DNA from: Aquificaceae bacterium
GTDB taxonomy: Bacteria > Aquificota > Aquificia > Aquificales > Aquificaceae
NCBI GenBank assembly: GCA_039630345.1
Contig: JBCNVD010000020.1
Span: forward strand, 1 to 44,942
Direction of reading: 5' to 3'
DNA length: 44,942 nucleotides
The notes under the pieces were generated by a model that was given only the letters and a program-made list of their open reading frames with translations, was not told the origin of the DNA and searched no databases. Position numbers and translations under genes: made by a program. Within the stretch, counting starts at the first letter, position 1. Each line of letters opens with the position of its first letter. Positions 21,614 to 29,482 of the stretch are shown piece after piece.

Positions 21614-22165
21614 ATGAAACTGCCAGAGAAGCTGGTAGAGCGAATTGCCGACAGGTTTATAAAAGACCTTTGCGAAACTCAAAAGTTGATAGAACCGGAA
21701 GATATTTTCGTCTTTAAAAGAAAGATCATTGCAATATTTAAAGAAGTAGATGAGCAAGAAAGGATTCTTGATGAAAGAACAAAAGAAACTTTAAAGGAAA
21801 AATTGCACGCTCTTGAGGAAAATAACTTAGATTATAGAACCGCTTACAAAACTGTAAGGGCAAAGCTGGCTGAAGAGCTTGGAATTTATACCACAAGGCG
21901 CGAAAGAATGAATCACATTACCCGTAAGATAAAAGACCTCATAATGGAAGATCAAAGCATTGAAATTTACGAAGAGCCCCAGGTTATCAGGAGCAAAATA
22001 AGGGCTATATTGATGGAAGCTCTGAAAGAAGAAGAGGAAATAGACAAAGAAGTCAGAGAGAGAATAAGGGCTTATTCTAAAAGGATAATAGAAGGAACTC
22101 CAGAGTGGAACCATCTTTATAGAAGAATTTACGAAGACGCTTTAAGAAAAAGAGGCTTGCTCTAG
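21614..22165 (+). CDS. DUF507 family protein
   Basis: Two tandem charged helical repeats ('MKLPEKLVERIADR...EEEIDKEVRERIRAYS...GTPEW...KRGLL') resembling DUF507; GGAGG RBS. Confidence 0.75.
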   Translation: MKLPEKLVERIADRFIKDLCETQKLIEPEDIFVFKRKIIAIFKEVDEQERILDERTKETLKEKLHALEENNLDYRTAYKTVRAKLAEELGIYTTRRERMNHITRKIKDLIMEDQSIEIYEEPQVIRSKIRAILMEALKEEEEIDKEVRERIRAYSKRIIEGTPEWNHLYRRIYEDALRKRGLL

Positions 22166-22755
22166 GGCAGATAAGGTATCGGGTTTTGTCTTATACCATA
22201 TCTGAGGACCTCATAGTGAAGGTGTGGACCAAAAGACCTGCCTGTAGTGCCTATTTTTCCAATCATTTGACCTTTGTATATATCATCTGGGGGATAGACA
22301 GATATTTCAGAAAGATGAGCGTAAAGAGTTACAAATCCATAGCCGTGATAGATGATCACGGTTTTACCATAACCTCTTATCCAGCCGCTATATATTACCC
22401 TGCCATCTGCTGAAGATACAACCGGCATGCCATAAGGAGCTGCTATGTCTATGCCTGTATGAAACTCTCGCCTTCCGGCGAGAAAACGCCATCCATAGTC
22501 AGAACTAACAACCCCCACCACGGGCCAGATGTTAGGCGTTGCGGTTTCTGGGGTTTTGACCTTTAAAAGGTCTTGTAGCGCCTCTTCGGGTGAGAGCTCT
22601 CTGATAATGCGGTCTACACTCTGTATGTCAAAGGTATAATCAGATGGTGGTTCATTTAGAAGCTCCTGCGCTGAGCCAAAGCCAAGAGGATAGTCTTGAT
22701 TGGCGGTTATGGAAAATAGTGAGCAAACTAAAATCAAAACATAGATAAATGGCAT
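22162..22755 (-). CDS. M23 family metallopeptidase
   Basis: 'WPVVG', 'FHTGID' (HxxxD), 'YAHL', 'GPHLHYEV' (HxH); signal peptide. Confidence 0.95.
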   Translation of the reverse strand: MPFIYVLILVCSLFSITANQDYPLGFGSAQELLNEPPSDYTFDIQSVDRIIRELSPEEALQDLLKVKTPETATPNIWPVVGVVSSDYGWRFLAGRREFHTGIDIAAPYGMPVVSSADGRVIYSGWIRGYGKTVIIYHGYGFVTLYAHLSEISVYPPDDIYKGQMIGKIGTTGRSFGPHLHYEVLRYGIRQNPIPYLP

Positions 22756-22778
22756 TAGAATAGATTATACCCTGCAAT

Positions 22779-22850
22779 GGGTGCGTAGCTCAAAGGCAGA
22801 GCGGGCGGCTCATAACCGCCCGGTTGGGGGTTCGAGTCCTCCCGCACCCA
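22779..22850 (+). tRNA. tRNA with CAT anticodon, most likely tRNA-Ile2 (lysidine-modified, reads AUA); CCA not encoded
   Basis: GGGTGCG/CGCACCC acceptor with paired G1-C72, so not an initiator; anticodon arm GGCGG-CTCATAA-CCGCC with C29-G41, resembling Ile2 rather than elongator Met; T-loop TTCGAGT. Confidence 0.9.
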
Positions 22851-23301
22851 TTAAATTTCCAAAAAAAGCAAAAACTCCTATCCTAATAGACCTTGCAATA
22901 AAGCTAGCAAGGAGAAACTTCCAGATTGACATACCAAAAGCACCGGCAAGATAGCAAAATAGCTTGTAAGGTTCGCCTATGAGGACTGCAAGGATACCAT
23001 ATTTCTCAAATAGAGCATTTCCTCTCTCATAAAGCCTTTTTGAAAAGAGTTTAACAACCAGCTTCTCTCCAAAAACTCGCGCAAGGGAGTAGCTAAAGAT
23101 TGCGCCGAGGATATTGCCAGCGAACGCAACCAAGCCCGCAATGAAAGGATCCATACCAAAAAACTTCGCACCCAGAACAAAAGGATATGGGGGAAAAGGC
23201 TGGATGATTGATTCTGTAAAGGATAGAATAAATAGCGCAAGATAGCCGTAATTTTCAACGTAGGCACTTGTAAGCGCCCTGGCTCTTTCCCAGAGCTCTA
23301 T
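22810..23301 (-). CDS. YqaA/DedA (VTT domain) membrane protein, probable ATA start
   Basis: Frame open 49 codons upstream of ATG 23154 and contains the YqaA-type 'LSFTESIIQPFPP'; also 'PYKLFCYLAG' and 'SFIARSIR'; GGAGG 7 nt before ATA at 23301. Confidence 0.85.
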   Translation of the reverse strand: MELWERARALTSAYVENYGYLALFILSFTESIIQPFPPYPFVLGAKFFGMDPFIAGLVAFAGNILGAIFSYSLARVFGEKLVVKLFSKRLYERGNALFEKYGILAVLIGEPYKLFCYLAGAFGMSIWKFLLASFIARSIRIGVFAFFGNLMGAGGLEPPTGRL

Positions 23302-24074
23302 AGCAAAACCTCCATAGAGTCTCTTGCAGCCAGGACCTCAATACCCAGCTCGTCTGAAAGACTGCTCGCAATTTCATCGGGATTTGTCAAACTTAACAGC
23401 TCATCTCCAAAATGGGTTAAAAATGCCCTCTTTGGCTTTAAACTGGAGATAAGAATTTTTGCATCATCAACGCAAAGGTGCTGTATATACGGTTTTTTTA
23501 CCAAAAGAGTGGTATTTATTAGCATAACTTCAGGGTTTTTAGGATATAGCTCTAGCATTCTTTCCTCAAACATCCCGCAAGAGACATACAAAACTCTATT
23601 TTGAAAAAACAGAGCATACGTTTCCGTACCGTGATGGCTATGGCTCATAACTGCCTGAACGCTAAGCCCATTAAAGCTAAGAGATACGCCTTCTGAAAGA
23701 TAACCTTCTTTGGCAAGTCTTTTTCTAATGAAAGGTAAAACTACTCTGTTATCTCCTTCAAAAGCACTCTTTGGCGCAAAAAGGGCGGTTTTTATTATTC
23801 TTCCGCCGTCTGTCGCCGCCTCTATTATGCTGTTTATATCCGCAGAGTGATCAAGATGGATGTGAGATAGGACAACAAGATCAATATCTATGGCATCAAT
23901 GCCAAGACCCTTTAGATAGACAAAAGCCCCTGGACCAGGGTCTACGTGTATTAAACCCTCTTTAAAAAAAAGCAAAAAGCCGCCACTTCTACGGCTTTGC
24001 CTAAAAACCGCGTGACGACCCCCGCCAGTCCCTATAAATAGAAGTCTCTCTTGCCTTATGAGATTATTATACAA
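23298..24074 (-). CDS. MBL-fold metallo-hydrolase (RNase Z/PhnP-like superfamily)
   Basis: 'FIGTGGG', 'VDPGPG', 'SHIHLDHSAD', 'LTHFG'; start is TTG 24074 or ATA 24059. Confidence 0.88.
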   Translation of the reverse strand: MYNNLIRQERLLFIGTGGGRHAVFRQSRRSGGFLLFFKEGLIHVDPGPGAFVYLKGLGIDAIDIDLVVLSHIHLDHSADINSIIEAATDGGRIIKTALFAPKSAFEGDNRVVLPFIRKRLAKEGYLSEGVSLSFNGLSVQAVMSHSHHGTETYALFFQNRVLYVSCGMFEERMLELYPKNPEVMLINTTLLVKKPYIQHLCVDDAKILISSLKPKRAFLTHFGDELLSLTNPDEIASSLSDELGIEVLAARDSMEVLL

Positions 24075-24244
24075 GAACTAGGACAGCGGTATGCAACATC
24101 CTCAAGCTCGAGAATATCTACCTTCTCAACCGCGCTTGTTATTACTATTGGTATACCGTCTCCTCTGTCTGCAAACACAGACGGTAAAATCTCATAACAT
24201 AATCTGCAGGCACTGCAGAGCTCTGTTTCTATGAAAACCTTCAT
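24056..24244 (-). CDS. Single-cluster [4Fe-4S] ferredoxin 2
   Basis: CSACRLC...CP motif; ATG 24244 in ATGA overlap with the upstream ferredoxin stop. Confidence 0.9.
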   Translation of the reverse strand: MKVFIETELCSACRLCYEILPSVFADRGDGIPIVITSAVEKVDILELEDVAYRCPSSCIIIS

Positions 24245-24459
24245 CCCTCTTCTGTTATTATCGAGCCACTTGGACATTCATCGGTTACTTCTTTAACATC
24301 CTTTTCCAGCTCTGGAGGTACAATCATCCAGCCACCGGAAGAGGGCGAGATTACCTCTGCAATTCCATCACCACGGTTTTTGTAAACTTCAGGAATACGG
24401 TCATAGCAAAGCTCACAGGATGTGCAGGTATCTGGGTCAACCTTGGTCTTGAGTCCCAT
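24241..24459 (-). CDS. Single-cluster [4Fe-4S] ferredoxin 1
   Basis: CTSCELC...CP motif; acidic; AAGGAGG RBS; resembles Hydrogenobacter Fd1. Confidence 0.95.
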   Translation of the reverse strand: MGLKTKVDPDTCTSCELCYDRIPEVYKNRGDGIAEVISPSSGGWMIVPPELEKDVKEVTDECPSGSIITEEG

Positions 24460-24499
24460 CGTAAAACCTCCTTAAAGAACTTTACAAAAGGTGATTGGT

Positions 24500-24527
24500 A
24501 TTATATGCAAGAGATTTATCAAGTCAA
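24500..24527 (-). promoter_or_regulatory. Sigma70-type promoter of the ferredoxin operon
   Basis: Minus strand TTGACT, 16 bp spacer, TATAAT about 40 nt upstream of the ferredoxin 1 ATG. Confidence 0.7.
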
Positions 24528-24689
24528 GGAGAAAAAGCATAAACCTTGAGATTGTTACGGCGCAGGTTTTATAAGCAAAATCTGACTTTTGAAGCACTCT
24601 TTAGTTAGAAAACGACCTGCATAATTTTATCTTATAAAGATATAAAATATCAGTTAGGCTAGGTCAAGCTAAATAAAAATAGAAAGTAT

Positions 24690-26024
24690 TCACACTAACC
24701 AGACCCTACCCTCTGCTTGCAAGAACTCAAGCGCCTGCTTTGGCAACTTTACACCTCTTGGGTAAAGAATCGGCTCTTCTTTTGCATCCAGGAAAGGTTG
24801 CACTACCTCCCAGAGAGCTTCTATCTCATCACCCCTTATAAAAAGGGATCGATCGCCTTCTATTAAGTCGACGAGCAGCACTTCATACGCCTCTTCAAAC
24901 TCTGAGGTGAACATATATTCCATTGAGGTCTCTACAGGGGAGGTGGTGAATCTACCCGTAGGAGGTCTCAACTCAAAAGTGACCATGAGTTTACTCTGAG
25001 GAGCCATCTGGAAGCTTATCTTGTTCTGCAAAGGTTGAGAGCTTAACAGTTTGGTAAAGCTATAAGGAACTTGCTTAAAGACTACGGTTATCTGTGTAAG
25101 CTTTTCTTTAAGGGCTTTACCTGTCATAAGGTAAAAAGGAACACCGTGCCATCTAAAGTTTTCAACCAACACCTTGGCACAGACAAATGTCTCTGTATTA
25201 GAGTTGTCATTACCGACATCTATTGGATAGCCCTCATATCTTCCTCTCAGGAGCTTCTCTATTCGAGTGTTTCTAAGAACCTTTACTCTCTCGTCTCTTA
25301 TGAACTTCTCTGCCATTTGAGCAGGGGGTTCCATAGCGGTAAAAGCCAGCATCTGAAGCATGTGATTTTGAAGCATGTCTCTGATAGCGCCTATTTTGTC
25401 GTAGAAGTCGCCTCTTCCTTCGACGCCTACTTTCTCAAGAGCGAGAATTTGAACATGGTCTATGAAGTTTTTATTCCATATACCTTCAAAAATAGTATTC
25501 GAAAACCTCAAGGAAAAAATGTTTTGAACTGTATCTTTGCCAAGATAGTGGTCTATACGATAAATTTCTTCTTCTATGAAGTATCTATATAGCAGGTCAT
25601 TTAGCTTTTGTGCTGACAAAAGGTCAAAGCCAAAAGGCTTTTCCACGACGATTTTCCTTGGATTTGCGTAATTTCTAAGAAGTTTTCCAAGGTTTCTGAT
25701 CGTATCTTCAAACAGATAGGGGCTTATAGAAAGGAAAAATATAAGCTCATGACCTTTTAGTTCCTGTATGAGTTTTTCCAATTCCAGGTAAGACTTAGGC
25801 TCTTTTACATCAAAGGGCATAAAGTTGCAAAATTTCCCGAGATTTTCATCCAGCTGGCAAACTATCTGTTCCCATTCTTCGCTCTTGCTACGGGCAAGTG
25901 CATACACCTTATAAAGCCCATCTAAATACCCCTTGCGATAGAGTCGAGACAGAGAAGGGAAAAGCTTTTTCTTCGCGAGGTCTCCCGTCCCGCCAAATAT
26001 GAACAAACAAAAAGACTTACTCAT
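24690..26024 (-). CDS. zwf: Glucose-6-phosphate 1-dehydrogenase
   Basis: 'IFGGTGDLAKKKLFP', 'EKPFG', 'YRIDHYLGK', 'DMLQNH'; ATG 26024 preferred over TTG 26063. Confidence 0.97.
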   Translation of the reverse strand: MSKSFCLFIFGGTGDLAKKKLFPSLSRLYRKGYLDGLYKVYALARSKSEEWEQIVCQLDENLGKFCNFMPFDVKEPKSYLELEKLIQELKGHELIFFLSISPYLFEDTIRNLGKLLRNYANPRKIVVEKPFGFDLLSAQKLNDLLYRYFIEEEIYRIDHYLGKDTVQNIFSLRFSNTIFEGIWNKNFIDHVQILALEKVGVEGRGDFYDKIGAIRDMLQNHMLQMLAFTAMEPPAQMAEKFIRDERVKVLRNTRIEKLLRGRYEGYPIDVGNDNSNTETFVCAKVLVENFRWHGVPFYLMTGKALKEKLTQITVVFKQVPYSFTKLLSSQPLQNKISFQMAPQSKLMVTFELRPPTGRFTTSPVETSMEYMFTSEFEEAYEVLLVDLIEGDRSLFIRGDEIEALWEVVQPFLDAKEEPILYPRGVKLPKQALEFLQAEGRVWLV

Positions 26025-26175
26025 CTTTGTTATACTTAGTATAATTATATTCTCATCTCTCAAAGCTTAAGTCTAATTAAATGACTAAAATTAGCACCCT
26101 TTAACAACATCATAAGCACTTCTTTTTACAAATTAAAAAAAGAGAAATACACCTTAATAAAGTGGAGGTATAGGG

Positions 26176-27144
26176 ATGAAGGGCTTAATACCTCTGTCGA
26201 TTCTATCTGTGGCAATAGCACAACCGCTCATAGATCCGCCATTTGCGGATAGACTCTTCTCTTACATTAAATACGCAGAAACATGGACTGGTACACCCGC
26301 TACAATAAGAGACGCCACGCTACCAGACACATTAGTGGTTTATGGCTCAAAAGAAGACCCTGAGATAGTAGCCCTTGCAGGCAGGATAGCTTACTACTTA
26401 GGGCAATGGACGGAAGACATAGGTTTTACATTAGAAGACATCAAACAATCTCGTATGCCAGAGCTACTTATTAGCGACCAAAAGCTAAAAGCAATAGACT
26501 ACCAAAACATAATAGTTGTAGGCATAAACAACGATGTAGTAAAGGATTTAGGACTTAGCTTTGAAAAACCCACTATAAAACTGGTTCAAAAAGATGGCAA
26601 AAACATACTCGTAGTAGGGGGAGCAACAAAAGAACAAATAATCCAGGCAGGCAAATACCTGGCAGATATAAGGCTTAACTTTAAGGTTGGTGCATACAGG
26701 ACATTCTTTTCGTTTGTAGCCTTGAGAGGTTATATCGAAAGGGGTGAGTTCGATGCAGGTTTAAGACTGGTGAGAAGTCCCATGGGCATTTCTGCATGCG
26801 GTAGAAACATGGCTTTGGCAGGTCCTATGGTGGAAAAGTGGGGAGAAGACCTTAAAGCCGTGGTTAGATACAGAAATAGCATCCTCTACAATGAGCTCCC
26901 AAAGGCTTTAGAAGCAAAAGATAAAGAAAAAGCCACAAGTCTTTGGAAAGAGGCTATGTTTACCTGCTACCAATGCCATCAAGGTATAGGAGTTCCTCAG
27001 GTTAGGAAATTTAAACCCTTAGAAAACATACATGCAAGGCATCAGCAAATAGCTGAGAGCTTTGGTCTTGTTAAAGTTATGGGCTCTGAAAAATCCTGCA
27101 TAGCGTGTCATGTAGGTAATACGAAGATAGTGGGATACAGGTAA
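26176..27144 (+). CDS. Exported dihaem c-type cytochrome, uncharacterised
   Basis: Signal peptide; two CxxCH motifs (CYQCH, CIACH) in the C-terminal part; GGAGG RBS. Confidence 0.75.
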   Translation: MKGLIPLSILSVAIAQPLIDPPFADRLFSYIKYAETWTGTPATIRDATLPDTLVVYGSKEDPEIVALAGRIAYYLGQWTEDIGFTLEDIKQSRMPELLISDQKLKAIDYQNIIVVGINNDVVKDLGLSFEKPTIKLVQKDGKNILVVGGATKEQIIQAGKYLADIRLNFKVGAYRTFFSFVALRGYIERGEFDAGLRLVRSPMGISACGRNMALAGPMVEKWGEDLKAVVRYRNSILYNELPKALEAKDKEKATSLWKEAMFTCYQCHQGIGVPQVRKFKPLENIHARHQQIAESFGLVKVMGSEKSCIACHVGNTKIVGYR

Positions 27145-27182
27145 TCTAGGACTTTCCTTATCGGGATTTTTGCTAAAAGGGT

Positions 27183-28070
27183 TTAGGCTTTTTTAAACTC
27201 GTGCCTTCCAAACTCGTATCTAAGACCTGCTAAAAGTCTATCTCTAAAGGACTTTTCTTGCCTTGACCTAAAACGGGCAAAGAGAGCTTCCGCTATTGTT
27301 GGCACAGGAACTGCCCTATTTATGGCTTCCTCTACGGTCCAGCGACCTTCTCCAGTATCTTCCACATAAGGTTTTAAAGTCTCTAGGTCTGCAAAGTCTT
27401 CAAAAACCTTCTGAGTGAGTTCCATAAGCCAGCTTCTTATTACGCTACCTGTGTTATATATTCTGGCTACTTCCTTAAGGTCGTAATTAAAACCGCTCTG
27501 ATTAAGGAGTTCAAAACCCTCACCTATGGCTTGCATAAAGGCGTATTCTATGCCGTTATGCACCATCTTGGCAAAGTGCCCCGCACCAGAAGGTCCTAAA
27601 TACGCATAGCCATTGCCATTGTAAGATAGGTCTCTAAAGAGCTCTTCCAGTCTTTCAAAAGCCTCTTTTTCCCCACCAATCATCAAACAATAACCGAGTT
27701 CTTCGCCGTAAATTCCACCACTTACCCCAACATCCATAAAGTGAACTCCGTCAGGCTTTAGACTCTCCGCTCTTTTTTGAGACTCTTTATAGTAGCTGTT
27801 TCCTCCATCTATGAGAATATCCCCACTTTTTAGGTATTGTCTGATGCTATGTATTACTTCATCAACAACCTGATGAGGCACCATAAGCCAGATAACCTTT
27901 GGGCTTTGTTCTTTGATTATTTCTAAATTATCTATTACCTCAAAATAAGACTTTGCAACTTCTCTCTGTTGGGGGCTTGCATCATAACCAATTACAAAAT
28001 GTCCTTTCTGGGTTAGCCTTCTTGAAATGCCAAGACCCATTCTCCCAAGACCTATCATAAATAGCTTCAT
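27183..28070 (-). CDS. gnd: 6-phosphogluconate dehydrogenase, decarboxylating (short-chain type)
   Basis: 'GLGRMG', 'IDGGNS', 'DVGVSGG', 'GHFAKMVHNGIEY', 'RYEFGRH'. Confidence 0.96.
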   Translation of the reverse strand: MKLFMIGLGRMGLGISRRLTQKGHFVIGYDASPQQREVAKSYFEVIDNLEIIKEQSPKVIWLMVPHQVVDEVIHSIRQYLKSGDILIDGGNSYYKESQKRAESLKPDGVHFMDVGVSGGIYGEELGYCLMIGGEKEAFERLEELFRDLSYNGNGYAYLGPSGAGHFAKMVHNGIEYAFMQAIGEGFELLNQSGFNYDLKEVARIYNTGSVIRSWLMELTQKVFEDFADLETLKPYVEDTGEGRWTVEEAINRAVPVPTIAEALFARFRSRQEKSFRDRLLAGLRYEFGRHEFKKA

Positions 28071-28112
28071 ATATTAGATTTTATACTAATCTTGCTTGGT
28101 AAAATAAATCTT

Positions 28113-28349
28113 ATGAGAAAAATTGGGATCGCTCTAATGATGCTAAGCACTCTTTTTTTAATTGGTGAGGCAAAGCCTCTTAAAAGCAGCAAAAAAAAGC
28201 ACACATACCAGTATGCAAGGAAATATAAGAAAGTTTCAAAGACCAAGGCAAGGCGACCCCCAAGATATGCAAAGAGAATCAACGACCCTAAGATGGGTGA
28301 GTATCTGAAGCTAGAAGGTATGATAAGGAATGCTCAGGAGCAGGAATGA
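28113..28349 (+). CDS. Small basic exported hypothetical protein (78 aa)
   Basis: Sec-type signal 'MRKIGIALMMLSTLFLIGEA', Lys/Arg/Tyr-rich mature part, ATGA overlap with sbcD. Confidence 0.7.
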   Translation: MRKIGIALMMLSTLFLIGEAKPLKSSKKKHTYQYARKYKKVSKTKARRPPRYAKRINDPKMGEYLKLEGMIRNAQEQE

Positions 28350-29482
28350 AAGTTTTGCATATATCTGATTTGCATGCAGGTAAGTATCTAAATAACATAA
28401 GCAGAAATCAGGATCTGGATTTTTCTCTAAAGAGAGTCATAGAAATATGCAAAGAGGAAAAGGTCAAATATGTCCTTATAAGCGGGGACATCTTTGACAG
28501 GAAAAAACCGGATAGCTTGGCTATTGAGATTGTTAACGAGTTTTTGGTTAGATTGCAAGAGCTTGGTGTTGCCACTGTTATGATAGGGGGCAATCATGAT
28601 GATTTTGACTATCTTAAAGCGATGAAGCCATTTGCTAAACTGGCAAGGGTTTTTATAGTAGATAGACCAAAAGGAGATATATCCAAAGCCATAGTTGACC
28701 TTGGGGATTTGTGTGTTGCGTGTTTACCATATCCCTCTCCGGGGGTTTTAACTGACCTTGGTGAAAACATCTCAGAAAGAGAGAGAATATATGCAAATGC
28801 TATTAGCAAATACTTTCAAGCCCTGGAGTATCACACACGAGAAAAAAAACCAAGAATTTTAATGTCGCATATTTTCATAAGCGGTGCAAAGTTTGGAGGT
28901 GGTGAGATAAGCTCCACGCTCTCGCCAGAGTTTTCTGTTCCTGCAAGCGCCATACCATACGGGTTTGACTATGTAGCTCTTGGGCATTTGCATAAGTTTC
29001 AGAAAATAAAAGAGGCGAACTCTCCCACATACTATAGCGGCAGTCTTTTTCAGATGGACTTTGGAGAATCTCAGGAAGACAAGTTTGTGATAATCGTTGA
29101 GTTTAAAGATTTTGTTTGCGACATAAGGGAAATAAGAATTCCTGTTTATAGAAATCTTGTGTCAATAACGCTGAATTTAGAAGATGTAAATGACCAGCTT
29201 TTTGAAAAGTTTAACAGCTCAGACCTTTATAAAATAACCCTGAATATAAAAAAAGGTCAGGAATTTACAAAAGTTGCAGATATACTGAAAAGCATTTTGG
29301 GAGAGAGGCTGGTTTTGAGAGTTGAGGTGGAGACCATGTTAAAAAGAGTTGAAAACCTTGAATACAGGAATAAGCCTCTGGATAGTTTATATGAAATTTA
29401 CTTAAATGAAAACAACACTCCAAATCCTGAAGAATATCTCCTGACTTTCAGGAGGTTTTTAAATGAAGCCAGTAAAGCTTGA
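28346..29482 (+). CDS. sbcD: Exonuclease SbcCD subunit D (Mre11-like)
   Basis: 'HISDLH', 'SGDIFD', 'GNHD', 'DYVALGHLH', 'YSGS'. Confidence 0.95.
   Translation: MKVLHISDLHAGKYLNNISRNQDLDFSLKRVIEICKEEKVKYVLISGDIFDRKKPDSLAIEIVNEFLVRLQELGVATVMIGGNHDDFDYLKAMKPFAKLARVFIVDRPKGDISKAIVDLGDLCVACLPYPSPGVLTDLGENISERERIYANAISKYFQALEYHTREKKPRILMSHIFISGAKFGGGEISSTLSPEFSVPASAIPYGFDYVALGHLHKFQKIKEANSPTYYSGSLFQMDFGESQEDKFVIIVEFKDFVCDIREIRIPVYRNLVSITLNLEDVNDQLFEKFNSSDLYKITLNIKKGQEFTKVADILKSILGERLVLRVEVETMLKRVENLEYRNKPLDSLYEIYLNENNTPNPEEYLLTFRRFLNEASKA

Noticed and set aside
22977..23267. Overlapping 96-aa ORF suggesting a frameshifted yqaA
   Set aside because: The yqaA frame itself is open through this region and carries the family motif; this ORF is an off-frame shadow
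24056..24459. Tandem ferredoxins as a novelty
   Set aside because: A tandem [4Fe-4S] ferredoxin pair is already described in Hydrogenobacter thermophilus
25071..25592. 173-aa antisense ORF within zwf, and similar shadow ORFs in groEL, rplY, prs, metE, sbcC and murG-galU
   Set aside because: Fully overlap well-supported genes and show no motifs or RBS
28067..28282. 71-aa minus-strand ORF upstream of gnd
   Set aside because: Antisense of the better supported + strand signal-peptide ORF, which has a -10 box and coupling to sbcD
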